From the UHGV virus genome UHGV-0382366: 49,190 nucleotides of DNA, one strand, 5' to 3'. Position 1 is the stretch's first letter, and every line of letters starts with the position of its first letter. Positions 1-9,800 of this stretch are shown piece by piece. A model generated the notes under the pieces. That model did not search any database, was not told the origin of the DNA, and saw nothing but the letters and a program-made list of their open reading frames with translations. This DNA is from a virus. The position numbers were made by a program, and so were the translations under genes.

Positions 1-4
1 TTAT

Positions 5-33
5 TGATTTTATTACATTTTTGTGTTATCATT
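5..33 (+). promoter_or_regulatory. Candidate sigma-A promoter for the repressor gene: -35 TTGATT (5-10), 17-nt spacer, -10 TATCAT (28-33). A TTAAGTTAC operator-like motif lies at 32-40.
   Basis: Hexamers and spacing read directly from the sequence, upstream of the GTG start at 64. Confidence 0.3.
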
Positions 34-63
34 AAGTTACTTCATAAGAAAGGAGCAATTGAT

Positions 64-540
64 GTGACGGTTGGAGAAAGAATTAAAGAGATTAGAATGA
101 AACTCGGAATGAGTCAAGTTGATTTTGCTGACAAAATAAATGTATCAAAGCAAACATTGTATAAATATGAAAACAATATTATAACCAATATACCATCAGA
201 CAAGATAGAAGCTGCTGCTGATTTGGGAAATGTTTCTCCATCTTATATAATGGGATGGGATAAAAACAAAGCTACAGTAAATTTATTTACGGGAAATGGA
301 ACAATCGAATATATTTCAAAATCAGAAAAGGCTTTATTGGAGTTATATAACTTGTTAAATGATTTCGGGAAAAAAGAAGCTTACAAACGTTTAGAGGAAT
401 TAACTCTGATTGATCGTTACTCTATGTCAAGTAACCATCTAGAAGTATTAGCAGCTCATGAGCGCACCGATATTAAAGTAACAGATGAAATGAGAAAACA
501 CGATAAAGACATCATGATGGATGACTCTGAATGGGAGTGA
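64..540 (+). CDS. XRE-family HTH transcriptional repressor (phage cI-like). GTG start at 64 is preferred over the upstream TTG at 4.
   Basis: HTH signature GERIKEIRMKLGMSQVDFADKINVSKQTLYKYE. RBS AGGAG at 51-55, 8 nt before the in-frame GTG. Followed 4 nt later by an ImmA-like gene, the classic repressor/ImmA pair. Confidence 0.8.
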   Translation: MTVGERIKEIRMKLGMSQVDFADKINVSKQTLYKYENNIITNIPSDKIEAAADLGNVSPSYIMGWDKNKATVNLFTGNGTIEYISKSEKALLELYNLLNDFGKKEAYKRLEELTLIDRYSMSSNHLEVLAAHERTDIKVTDEMRKHDKDIMMDDSEWE

Positions 541-544
541 TACA

Positions 545-1006
545 ATGACGATTTATGAAGAACTTTTGGAAGAGGCGAATAATAGCGGACTGATTGTCCG
601 CGAAAAGACTCTTTCCGGTAGTGACGGATTGATCTATAAAAATAGAATTGCAATATCAAACAGGTTGAAAACGTCCGCAGAAAAGGCTTGTGTTTTAGCT
701 GAAGAAATCGGACATCATCATACTGCTGTTGGCGATATATTTGATCTGCAAGATATTGAAAATATGAAGCAAGAACAAAAAGGAAGATTGCACGGGTATA
801 ACCGGATGATCGGATTGCGAGGCATCATATCAGCTTTTAATGCTGGATGCCAGAATAGATATGAAGTTGCAGAACATCTGCATGTCACAGAAGAATATCT
901 GCAAGAAGCTATTGACTGCTACAAAGGAAAATATGGCGAGTATATCACTGTAGATAACTATGTTATTTATTTTATTCCAAATTTAGCAGTTATGGAAATG
1001 GTATAA
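545..1006 (+). CDS. ImmA/IrrE-family metallopeptidase-like protein (anti-repressor protease partner of the XRE repressor). Alternative start at 521.
   Basis: EEIGHHHTAVGD histidine-rich metal-binding segment. Position directly downstream of the XRE repressor. RBS GGGAG at 533-537. Confidence 0.65.
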   Translation: MTIYEELLEEANNSGLIVREKTLSGSDGLIYKNRIAISNRLKTSAEKACVLAEEIGHHHTAVGDIFDLQDIENMKQEQKGRLHGYNRMIGLRGIISAFNAGCQNRYEVAEHLHVTEEYLQEAIDCYKGKYGEYITVDNYVIYFIPNLAVMEMV

Positions 1007-1065
1007 CCGCTTCGGCGTTTATATATAAATTGTGGGAAAAAGTACAGGGGAAAAGAGGGAAACTA

Positions 1066-2031
1066 ATGCAATTTATAGGTTTTATTATTGTGCTGATAAT
1101 TATTGGAGTCGCAATTAAAATATGGCCCGTTTTTGTAGTATTGGCGCTTATTTTTATTGCGTGGAAGATGTATGAACTATTTTATTATAAAAGCGGGAAG
1201 TTTTTACAAATAAAAGATAGAATAGAGTCATACATAAATGATTGCAACGATTTGAACGGTCATATCGAACGTCTGAAACATACACAACTTGTTTCGACCC
1301 AAACAGACTATGGCGACGCGCTTTATAGAGATAGGAGTAAATGGAATTACAAGCGGAAACACTTAAATAATCAGGAGTATTTGCCGAACATCCACGACTG
1401 CTCTCGTACTGTGTGCAATAATGCAAAGAAAAAGCCGTTTGAGTATATATGCAAATATTTCGGAATAAAGGCGACTGAAGAAAATTTGTCTGCTTTCGAA
1501 AATATTCTGAATAATTTTGAAGCCGCTGAAGAGGGAAAAACTAAACTAAAAACGGAAAAAAACGGAATAATTGAAAGTATTCAGAGTGAAGTTCCCTTAC
1601 TTATAAGGAAAATAGGTAAAGCAAAGCTTGAAAGAGAACTCGGGTTTGATGAAATTGATATGGGGACTGCGTATTTTCCGAAGTATATTTTTAAATATGT
1701 AAGCCCTGGTGGAAATGCTTCTACTCAGTGCGATGTTGTGATGAATATTGATAATCTGAATCGTTTTGTGATATTTCTTTCGGAAAAAATAAAATTCAAT
1801 AAAAGCGCAGCCGGCCAACGAGCACTCATGACAAGTAAGCTGAGACAGAAAATTAAAGAACGTGATGAATTTACATGCAAAAACTGCGGTGCATCCGTAG
1901 AGAAAGAACCAAATTTACTGCTTGAGATAGACCATATAGTTCCAATTTCTAAAGGTGGGCTGACAACAGAAGATAATCTTCAGACTCTTTGTTGGCGTTG
2001 CAACCGTAAAAAAGGAGCTAAAATAATATAA
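1066..2031 (+). CDS. Membrane-anchored HNH endonuclease-domain protein: N-terminal TM helices, ~230-aa domain of unknown function, C-terminal HNH.
   Basis: N-terminus MQFIGFIIVLIIIGVAIKIWPVFVVLALIFIAW is hydrophobic. C-terminus CKNCG...EIDHIVPISKGG...NLQTLCWRCNRKKG is an HNH motif. RBS AGAGGG 6 nt before ATG 1066. Visibly AT-rich compared with neighbours. Confidence 0.7.
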   Translation: MQFIGFIIVLIIIGVAIKIWPVFVVLALIFIAWKMYELFYYKSGKFLQIKDRIESYINDCNDLNGHIERLKHTQLVSTQTDYGDALYRDRSKWNYKRKHLNNQEYLPNIHDCSRTVCNNAKKKPFEYICKYFGIKATEENLSAFENILNNFEAAEEGKTKLKTEKNGIIESIQSEVPLLIRKIGKAKLERELGFDEIDMGTAYFPKYIFKYVSPGGNASTQCDVVMNIDNLNRFVIFLSEKIKFNKSAAGQRALMTSKLRQKIKERDEFTCKNCGASVEKEPNLLLEIDHIVPISKGGLTTEDNLQTLCWRCNRKKGAKII

Positions 2032-2283
2032 CCGCGTCAAAAAGTACACTGACTCTGCTGCTGGAATAAGCACAGAAGATCTGATGAATTAATTAAATTC
2101 TTTAGGGCAATAAAATAAAAACCGCCCCTGCGCCAACAGAGACGGTATACATATCCGAAGATATGCGATTGAAATCCACGAATATTGTATCATCTTCGGG
2201 GCAGTCACGCAAGCGGAACATCAGTTCGTACGCTGGCTGTTATTTTTGTACAAATTTTAAATATATTTTACAAAAGGAGAGTG

Positions 2284-3684
2284 ATGCAAATGCCAGAAAA
2301 AATACTGCGGTGTGCCATATATATCCGCGTCTCCACATTTGAGCAGAGCGTGCATGGCAAGTCTCTGCAAGCACAGAAAGAATGCCTGAAGCAATACGCA
2401 ACAGACAACAATATGTCTATAGTAGGCGTCTATGCGGACGAGGGAAAGACTGCTAGAAAAGAATTGAAGAAAAGAAAAGCCATACACGCTCTTGTAGAGG
2501 ACGTAAAAAGGGATAAAATTGATGTGATAATTTTCTGGAGACTCGACAGATGGTTTCGAAATCTTTCTGATTTTTATAAGGTGCAAGATGTGCTTGATGA
2601 TCATGGTGTTCGCTGGATTTCCGTATCAGAACCCGGTATAAACATGGAGACAAGAGATGGACGATTGCAGTTAAATGTAGTGCTGTCGATCGGTCAAAAC
2701 GAAGTAGACACCACATCCGAGCGAATTAAATTTGTGAATGAAGCATCTATAAGACAGAAAAAGCTAATATTTGGAGATGCAAATATGCCTTTTGGTTATA
2801 AAACAGGTGTTGTAGATGGAAAGAAATGCATGGTTAAAGATTCGGAAACAGAACACATGGTGGAAGATTTTTTTGAATATTTTAGAAATCATAACTCCAA
2901 GAAGGGCGCTATCCGGTACATGCAGGAAACCTATGGAATTGATTTTAGCTATGGCATGTTACGGACGATGTTATCCAGCGAATTTTATAAAGGGACGTAC
3001 AGAGGATACCCTTATTGTCCAGCATACCTGTCAGAAAAAGAATGGGATGAGATGCAAACTATATCGAAAAGAAATATTAAAAACACGCCGTCTGGTAGAA
3101 TATACCTATTTACGGGTTTGATGCGCTGTCCTGTGTGCGGACAGAAATTAGTTGGCACCGGATGCTCATCAATTATCAACCGTAAAACCGGAGAAAAAAG
3201 AACATACTGCTACTACCGTTGCAACAGAGCGCTTATTGATCATATTTGCACGTATAGGCATAGGGTAAGCCAGAACCTTATCGAAAAATATCTGCTCGAA
3301 AATCTTGAAAGAGAGTACGAAAAGTATAAGGTCCGCACCAACCAGATCAGCGAAGAGTTAAAAAAGCAAAAGAAAGCGAAAGATCCGAAAAAGCTTAGAA
3401 AAGAAATGGAACGATTAAATATATTATTTCAAAAAGGGCGGATCTCTTACGATTACTACGATAAGGAGTACCAAAGATTGGAGAGAGAATATTCCGCTTC
3501 TGCTGCTTTTTGCGAGGAAGAAGAGACGAGAAACCTGCATTATGTAGAAGAACTATTAAAAACTGACTTTCGCCAGATGTATGATTCGCTGTCTCCGGAA
3601 AACAAGCGTTCTTTTTGGAGATCCACGATACAGGAGATTTACCTAAATGATGACAATACGATTAAAGCTGTAGATTTTATTTAG
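2284..3684 (+). CDS. Large serine recombinase (phage integrase).
   Basis: Resolvase-type N-terminus with catalytic serine context YIRVSTFEQ. Recombinase domain and Zn-ribbon CPVCGQKL...C..C. C-terminal coiled-coil region. RBS AAGGAGA at 2274-2280. Confidence 0.9.
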   Translation: MQMPEKILRCAIYIRVSTFEQSVHGKSLQAQKECLKQYATDNNMSIVGVYADEGKTARKELKKRKAIHALVEDVKRDKIDVIIFWRLDRWFRNLSDFYKVQDVLDDHGVRWISVSEPGINMETRDGRLQLNVVLSIGQNEVDTTSERIKFVNEASIRQKKLIFGDANMPFGYKTGVVDGKKCMVKDSETEHMVEDFFEYFRNHNSKKGAIRYMQETYGIDFSYGMLRTMLSSEFYKGTYRGYPYCPAYLSEKEWDEMQTISKRNIKNTPSGRIYLFTGLMRCPVCGQKLVGTGCSSIINRKTGEKRTYCYYRCNRALIDHICTYRHRVSQNLIEKYLLENLEREYEKYKVRTNQISEELKKQKKAKDPKKLRKEMERLNILFQKGRISYDYYDKEYQRLEREYSASAAFCEEEETRNLHYVEELLKTDFRQMYDSLSPENKRSFWRSTIQEIYLNDDNTIKAVDFI

Positions 3685-3690
3685 TCCGTC

Positions 3691-3736
3691 TTGTACTAAA
3701 CATCTAGCCCCATTTGGAGCAGTATAATTAGTACAA
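3691..3736. other. 46-bp attP-like site candidate: perfect 9-bp inverted repeat TTGTACTAA / TTAGTACAA flanking a 28-bp core, 7 bp after the integrase stop codon.
   Basis: Inverted repeat read directly from the sequence. The size and position next to a serine integrase fit the att sites of that family. It could alternatively be a large-loop hairpin. Confidence 0.3.
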
Positions 3737-3753
3737 AATAAATGATACAATAT

Positions 3754-3948
3754 TCAGGACGGCAGATCCATCCGTCCAACACTCATATACGCCGCCCGTA
3801 AAAAGGTGTGCATCATTTCGGTTGTCAGGATCATCCCTTCTGGCAACCGGAACTTGAATGTATTACCTGGTATCTCCAAAAACTCTTGGTAAAGCAAAAA
3901 TGTATCGTAAGATTCGTATATTTGATATTCCATATCTATCCCCTCCAT
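3754..3948 (-). CDS. Small hypothetical protein (64 aa) between the integrase and the cargo promoter.
   Basis: ORF with a strong RBS GGAGGGG 5 nt upstream of ATG. Could be a directionality factor or unrelated, no recognisable motif. Confidence 0.3.
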   Translation of the reverse strand: MEGIDMEYQIYESYDTFLLYQEFLEIPGNTFKFRLPEGMILTTEMMHTFLRAAYMSVGRMDLPS

Positions 3949-3996
3949 TTATTCCATTATATCATAAAAATATTTTAAAAACTTTTCATTTTCCTA

Positions 3997-4025
3997 TTGA
4001 CTTTACGCCTTATAAGACGTATAAT
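3997..4025 (+). promoter_or_regulatory. Near-consensus sigma-A promoter: -35 TTGACT (3997-4002), 17-nt spacer, -10 TATAAT (4020-4025).
   Basis: Read directly from the sequence. RBS AAAGGAG precedes ATG 4060. Confidence 0.6.
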
Positions 4026-4059
4026 AAGGCCATAAGATAAAGCAAAGGAGATACGAAAA

Positions 4060-4485
4060 ATGAAAAAATACAACTTATCAAAAATTATGAAAAGAGCATG
4101 GGAACTGGTAAAGAAAACATCCTTCGGAATCTCCGAAGCTTTAAAGAAAGCATGGAAAGAAGCGAAAATGGGAGGAACAAAAATGACAGGAACAGAGAAA
4201 CAGATCAGTTTTGCAAACGATCTGATCAAAAAAATGAACGAGCAGTTTGATGCTCTGATCGCAGAGTGCAAGGCAAAATATCCGGAAAGCGTGAGCATGT
4301 GGGAATCTCGCAAGGAAGAATACAACAGAATCCTTTCCGAATCTGATGCCGGACTCGTAATTGATCTGCTGAAGTGGAACAATGAAACAGCTTACATGAA
4401 ATACTACCAGAGACTTATGTTTGATCTTAAACACGAACGCAATACAATGTGCAGAAGAATTTTAAGTGAAGTTTACGGAAAATAA
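4060..4485 (+). CDS. Hypothetical protein (141 aa), first gene of a promoter-driven three-gene + strand cargo cluster.
   Basis: ORF with RBS and promoter. No recognisable domain. Confidence 0.6.
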   Translation: MKKYNLSKIMKRAWELVKKTSFGISEALKKAWKEAKMGGTKMTGTEKQISFANDLIKKMNEQFDALIAECKAKYPESVSMWESRKEEYNRILSESDAGLVIDLLKWNNETAYMKYYQRLMFDLKHERNTMCRRILSEVYGK

Positions 4486-4563
4486 TTACAAGAAAGACAT
4501 TGTAGCAAGACGCAAGTGATGTATATGCTGACCTATCGGCTACGGGGAGAAAGAGGTAGAAAA

Positions 4564-4857
4564 ATGAAAATCAATGGAATCGGAACAATTAAAAAAGAAG
4601 AAGCAATGAAGATTTTAACGAGAGAAGGAAGGGAGGCAGTTAAATCTGGGGAAATTACAACTGAAGAGCTTGGACGCATGTATAAGCTGGAAATGGTTAA
4701 GAAATTATCTAAAATCGGAAAATACGGTTGTACGTTTGCCGAAAATTATAATAGAGTGCCGCAAGAAATCGCCGATAAGTTATCACCGGAAGAGATTGCC
4801 GAATTAGTAGATAGTTTTTATGATTGCTATAGTGATGGGAGAAAGAGGGGTGAATAG
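4564..4857 (+). CDS. Hypothetical protein (97 aa).
   Basis: ATG 4564 preceded by GAGG RBS. The upstream part of the track ORF (from 4516) is probably not translated. Confidence 0.5.
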   Translation: MKINGIGTIKKEEAMKILTREGREAVKSGEITTEELGRMYKLEMVKKLSKIGKYGCTFAENYNRVPQEIADKLSPEEIAELVDSFYDCYSDGRKRGE

Positions 4858-4858
4858 A

Positions 4859-5062
4859 ATGAGGGAACATTTAAGCAGCGTGCAAAGATTAAGAAAGGCT
4901 ACAGGGCTAACGCAACAAGAACTTGCCAATAAGACTGGCATTAACATTCGGCAGATACAGAAATACGAGTACGGAGAGTACGATACCGGAAAAATGATGC
5001 TCAGGAACGCAATTGCTCTGGCAGATGCGCTGGAATGCGATGTACGGGAATTGATCAGATAA
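4859..5062 (+). CDS. Small XRE-family HTH protein (67 aa).
   Basis: LRKATGLTQQELANKTGINIRQIQKYEYGE HTH. ATG 4859 lies 1 nt after the previous stop, with a GGGAGAAAGAGGGG RBS. Confidence 0.65.
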   Translation: MREHLSSVQRLRKATGLTQQELANKTGINIRQIQKYEYGEYDTGKMMLRNAIALADALECDVRELIR

Positions 5063-5100
5063 AAAGAAAAGGATAAGCATTAAGCCTATCCCTATCTTTT
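5061..5100. terminator. Bidirectional rho-independent terminator between the convergent + cargo cluster and the - lysis genes.
   Basis: Hairpin GGATAAGC-ATTAA-GCCTATCC (one mismatch). T-run on + strand (ctatctttt), stronger U-run on - strand (TTTTCTTTTTAT). Confidence 0.45.
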
Positions 5101-5289
5101 AGCTATTTAAAGCTACTTCTAATATTTCAATCCGCGAAACTGTGATTTGCTCAGTTTCCGCAATACAGAGCATCATCTGTATTGGACGGATTTATAATAT
5201 CACATTTATCCGGATATGTAAATACATCAAAAATTTATCTAATAGTTGCAAAGACACCCCTCAGAGAGCTAATCTCCGAGGGGATTTTA

Positions 5290-6267
5290 TTAGAACAACT
5301 GGAATCTATCGATTGCCTGTCCGAACGCTCCAGCATATCCGTCCTGTCCGTTTCCGGTCTCGCTATCATACTGCCATGACCAGTAAGCTCCATTTACAGG
5401 GCTGACACGGTACTGCGCTTTCTGGTAGCCATATTTTGCCGCATAATCCGCTGGAGTATTGTAGTACACCTCGATTGCGTCAATCGGCTGTCCGGTACCT
5501 GCATAACCATTGTTATGATCATTCCAGTTGCATCCGGTCACATAAGGCAGCCACCCTCTGCCGATTACGTGAACTCTATACTTTACGGATCCTTTATCTA
5601 CCTTAATAGCTACATCCGTGATTTTCTTCCCTTGGATTCCGGCAAAATCAGTGAGATTCCGTACAAACGGCAAGATGCGTCCGTCCTCCAGCTTGACAGC
5701 GTAGGTAAATACTACTTCCGGCTGCTGTGACGCCGATACCTGTCCGGATCCCTGTTCACCAGATACGTAAGTTGGTGGCGTGACATTTCCGGCCATATAC
5801 TCCTTAATCCGCTTGATAAAGTAGGATTTCGTAGCTTCTCTGCCACCATGGATTTCTACAGATCTGTGAGGGCATGATGTGGCATACACTTCCTGATGAA
5901 GTCTGATTGTGCTTGTGCTTGGTGTGATTCCATACTGCTTACACTTCTGCGCTGCCAACTGCAATGCTTTTTCCTCGTTTGCTTTAAATACATCCAGATC
6001 ACCCATGCTCTGGCATGTTTCGATTCCAAGATAATTCAAGTTTCCGCTTGTGTCTCCACAGTGCCATGCACAATTCCAGTCGTCCTCTGCCTGTAAGATT
6101 CCGTCTTGCGCTACATAATAGTGCGCAAATCCATTTTCCAATGGATGTGTCTGTAACCAATTTCTGTAAAACGCCGCGTTCGCATTCCGACTACCAGCAT
6201 CATTATGGATAAAAATTCCTACCGGGTTTCTTCCTCTATTTCCTGCTACTCCATTACAAATACTCAT
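5290..6267 (-). CDS. Endolysin: N-acetylmuramoyl-L-alanine amidase (PGRP/amidase_2-type) with C-terminal ChW-like cell-wall-binding repeats.
   Basis: N-terminal amidase-like region (GIFIHNDAGS...). Two ~45-aa C-terminal repeats with conserved W/GYAG. Start at MSICNG with a GGAGA RBS. Last gene of the late operon next to the holin. Confidence 0.8.
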   Translation of the reverse strand: MSICNGVAGNRGRNPVGIFIHNDAGSRNANAAFYRNWLQTHPLENGFAHYYVAQDGILQAEDDWNCAWHCGDTSGNLNYLGIETCQSMGDLDVFKANEEKALQLAAQKCKQYGITPSTSTIRLHQEVYATSCPHRSVEIHGGREATKSYFIKRIKEYMAGNVTPPTYVSGEQGSGQVSASQQPEVVFTYAVKLEDGRILPFVRNLTDFAGIQGKKITDVAIKVDKGSVKYRVHVIGRGWLPYVTGCNWNDHNNGYAGTGQPIDAIEVYYNTPADYAAKYGYQKAQYRVSPVNGAYWSWQYDSETGNGQDGYAGAFGQAIDRFQLF

Positions 6268-6307
6268 ATTTTCTCCTTTCCGTGCGATGTCGCACAAAAG
6301 AGGACGA

Positions 6308-6760
6308 TCACTCGCCCTCCTGCTCCTGTGATTTATTTGTTAAAACATCCAGTGCTTTCTTTAACGCTTCCGGATATTTCACGCCCATAATTCCAATATT
6401 TTCCAAAATCGAGATACCCTCATTTGCTATAAATGCCAGTACTACGGCTGTACGGATGTAGTCTACGCCGAGAGTAACATCCAATCGGTATGCAATAAGT
6501 ACGATCAGGAGAGATACTCCTTTTCTGCACAAGCCTTTCCATGCAGAGTAGCTGCTCAGTGCCCCATTTTTTGACTTGTTGCTCTTTTTCCAAAAGGCTG
6601 CGATCAGCAATCCGAGTACGAAATCCACTCCCATAAAAATGAGTAATGTAGTCAAGTCCTCAGACCATCCTCCGATCAGGTTTACGAAACCTCCTGCGAT
6701 AGCTCCGAATACCATGCATAAAAACGCTTTTACATTTGCTAACTGTTCCATTTTCTTCAT
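6308..6760 (-). CDS. Holin (phage_holin_4_1 / LL-H-type, three hydrophobic segments).
   Basis: MKKMEQLANVKAFLCMVFGAIAGGFVNLIGGW... hydrophobic helices. Immediately upstream of the endolysin. RBS AAAGGAAAGTGAGG. Confidence 0.8.
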   Translation of the reverse strand: MKKMEQLANVKAFLCMVFGAIAGGFVNLIGGWSEDLTTLLIFMGVDFVLGLLIAAFWKKSNKSKNGALSSYSAWKGLCRKGVSLLIVLIAYRLDVTLGVDYIRTAVVLAFIANEGISILENIGIMGVKYPEALKKALDVLTNKSQEQEGE

Positions 6761-6787
6761 ATCCTCACTTTCCTTTCTGTTTTTAAA

Positions 6788-6814
6788 GTATAAAAATAAG
6801 ACCATCACGGTCTT
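6788..6814 (-). terminator. Rho-independent terminator between the Tal gene and the holin.
   Basis: Hairpin AAGACC-GTGAT-GGTCTT followed on the - strand by ATTTTTATAC. Confidence 0.4.
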
Positions 6815-6842
6815 GCTCTAATCTCCATATTCGCTCCTTTAA

Positions 6843-9800
6843 TCAATCATCTGTAATCCACGTGAATGTTGCGTGACGTTCTGTAAATGCGGCATTCTCC
6901 ACATAAATCTTGATCCCCCCATCTTTTCCTATGCCGTATCTTCCCGTTCTAAATATGTTAGGTCCTGAAACTTCAGTATAGGGAGCAAAGAAATCCACAA
7001 CCGGTCGATATCCTACTGGAATTTTCACTTCGTTGAATGGCCCGTATTCGCCACTTCCCGGAAATTGTGCAAGCATTGTGATCTTGCATGTTACCATACA
7101 TCCTCTTCTTTTTAGTTCCACACGGATGTTATTAGCGGAGTTTGTACTTGTATATGGACCTTTCACGGTACCGGAATCGTAAGAGATAGATTTTGTAAGC
7201 TGCTTAATTGTCCTAATAAGCCATATGCTATCTCCATTTATGTTTGTCACCGAAAAGTCTCGCATCTCCTCATCTCCGCGAATAGAGCATACCATAGATC
7301 CATTCGCGATATCATCTGCCATGCTACTGCCGCCGGAATAAAATTCTAATCCAGAGTAGTTTAATCGACTCCCCCAGTACCTAGACGCTGTAAACGATCT
7401 TACCATGTCAATATTCTCTTTTTTTACAAAAACGGAAATTGTACCGTCACTGCTTTTAGACACGATCTCTCCGGTGTCTACATTTATGTAAAAGTGTCCA
7501 CCCTTACTCTTAATAAGTCCGGCTGTTACAGTTCCAAGGTTGGCAACGATCGCACTGAGCGTTTGCACGTCCAGATTCTCGACTGCGATATAATGGATCA
7601 CCCACCTACTTCCATCCCACCGCTTGATCGGCTGACCGGATGCTGTCTGCCATAACTGGCCAACTTTAGGATTTGACGGAGCCGTAGAAGATACAATTAT
7701 GCCACTTGGTCCTGTTGCTCCTGTAGCACCGGTCGCTCCCTTATCACCATATGCTCCGATGATACATGGTGCTGATTGATACGTGCTACCATTTGTATAG
7801 GTAACAACTTCATAATTCCACAGATATTTTTTTGACGCCGTTATTGCTTGTACAGTTGTAGTCCATCCTGATGTGGACGCCGACACACCGCTTCCGCTTG
7901 CCGTTGCAAGATAATAATTCGTGATAGACTTTATTCCGTTTCCAGTTGCCCCTTGCGGTCCCGTTACACCAGTTGCCCCCTGCGGTCCTTTCGGGCCAGT
8001 CGCTCCTTGTGGTCCCTGGGGACCTGTTGCACCTGCATTCCCTTGAGGTCCTTGTGGACCGGTAGCTCCTGTTGCTCCTTTGTCTCCGTATATCCCGATT
8101 ATTTTTGGTGTAGTGGTCGCTGTCGTATTATCTGTAAACGTAAATTTTTCATAGTTCCACAAGTATTTATTTGTTGCTGTCATCGTCGGAACTGATGTAC
8201 TCCAACCGCTTGACGCTGTTGTAATTCCTGTTTTTGCGGAAGAAATCAAATAATATTCTGTAATAGTTTTTATCCCTCTTCCAGATGACCCCGCAGGCCC
8301 TTGTGGTCCATTATCACCTTGAGGTCCCGTTGCTCCCTGCGCGCCCTGTTTCGATTTCGAAACCGTAAACCGTCTTGTGATAGAATTTCCGTTGTATGTT
8401 ACTTTAATGTCAACCCATCCGTTATCCGTAGATAGAGCGGATACCTTGTAAGTACGTGTACTTAAATCCCATGTACCAGCAATTCCGGAAGATTTTGTTA
8501 CGGTGTAAGTAGCGACTTCTGAAACGTCCTGTGCGCCGTTGTAAACCTGCACTTTTGTAGAGCAATCTATAAAGTTTCCACCGTTTCCGTTTGTGTCTGT
8601 TGCTACTGTTTGGGAATCGTTGGACAATGTTACTACTAAAGTTTCTATGTCCTCAGGAGCGGGAGACCAGTCTGTGGCTTTATTACCCTTTTCAAGTTTG
8701 ATATTTCGAATTCTCCATTTTTTACCCACTTCATTATTTGATAACATGAAATCTATTTTTCCATTTAAAGATGTAGATGGATATTTTAATTTCAATGAAT
8801 ATTTTGCAGGCGTTTTGTTAATTGTTTGATTTTGATCTGGAGTACCAAAATCTGTTTCTAACACAGCAGTTTCAGCAACAGTGTCTACCAGATACGCTTC
8901 GTAACTCACTATGTATTCAACATTTTTTTCTGGTATAAATTCTTGAACAAATCCAGACCATGTCCCACCAATCGTAACTTCACACCATCCATTAACCATC
9001 TGGAGAGATTTTGTATTACTACCTTTAATCCAATAGTTAAAAGTATTAAACCCTGTGTTTAATAGTAAATTCCTACCGCCAATCTCCAAATTATCCACAT
9101 CCGTAAGCACAACAACACTCTGCGTATCCAAAGCATTTATAGTCCCGTCTGCGCTGTAAAGCGTGCAACGGAGTATTTTCGCAGTTGCAGTCGGTGTATA
9201 CTCCTTTGCACTTTCGTTCGCAGATGAGGTGTATTTCACGGAGTATGATGTTCCGTTGGTTGACTCTTCGATTTTAAATCTACCATTATATGGTATCCTT
9301 GTCGCACTGTCTCCATCTCGATAAAACGACCGGAATGTTATTTTAGATGGTGTTAAAGCTCCGTCTGCACCTTTTTTAATAGCGGTATCGGACGCTTCCA
9401 GGATGTAGCTTCTTGAGTTTGTTCCGTCTTTTCCATTTTCGCCTTTGATCTTTGTCCATGTATATTTCGTAGCATCTGTACTATCTGCCTGTGTATAATC
9501 TGTATACTGCCCGATATAGAGCTTATTTGTACCATCCGTGGTGGAAAATCCCGTCTTGCCATCTGCACTGTTTGCGTAGGCGATATGTAGATACGGGGTC
9601 TTTCCATCCGCTCCCGGCTTTCCGGGTGTTCCGTTTTCCCCGTTTGCGCCTTTGATCTTGCTCCATGCGTATTTTGTTGGGTCTGTGCTGTCGTTCGGAA
9701 TAAAATCGACATACATTCCGATATATTCCCGATTACTGTCGGATACAGAAAAATCTTTAGACCCATCTGCGCTGTTTGCATAAGCAATGTGGGTGTACTG

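Noticed and set aside
2257-3121. ORFs overlapping or antisense to the serine integrase (2257..2604, 2453..2716, 2816..3121)
   Set aside because: They sit inside a well-supported integrase CDS with no independent signals.
5142-5405. 87-aa and 65-aa + strand ORFs downstream of the cargo cluster
   Set aside because: They overlap the endolysin 3' end and terminator region, have no RBS and unlikely composition.
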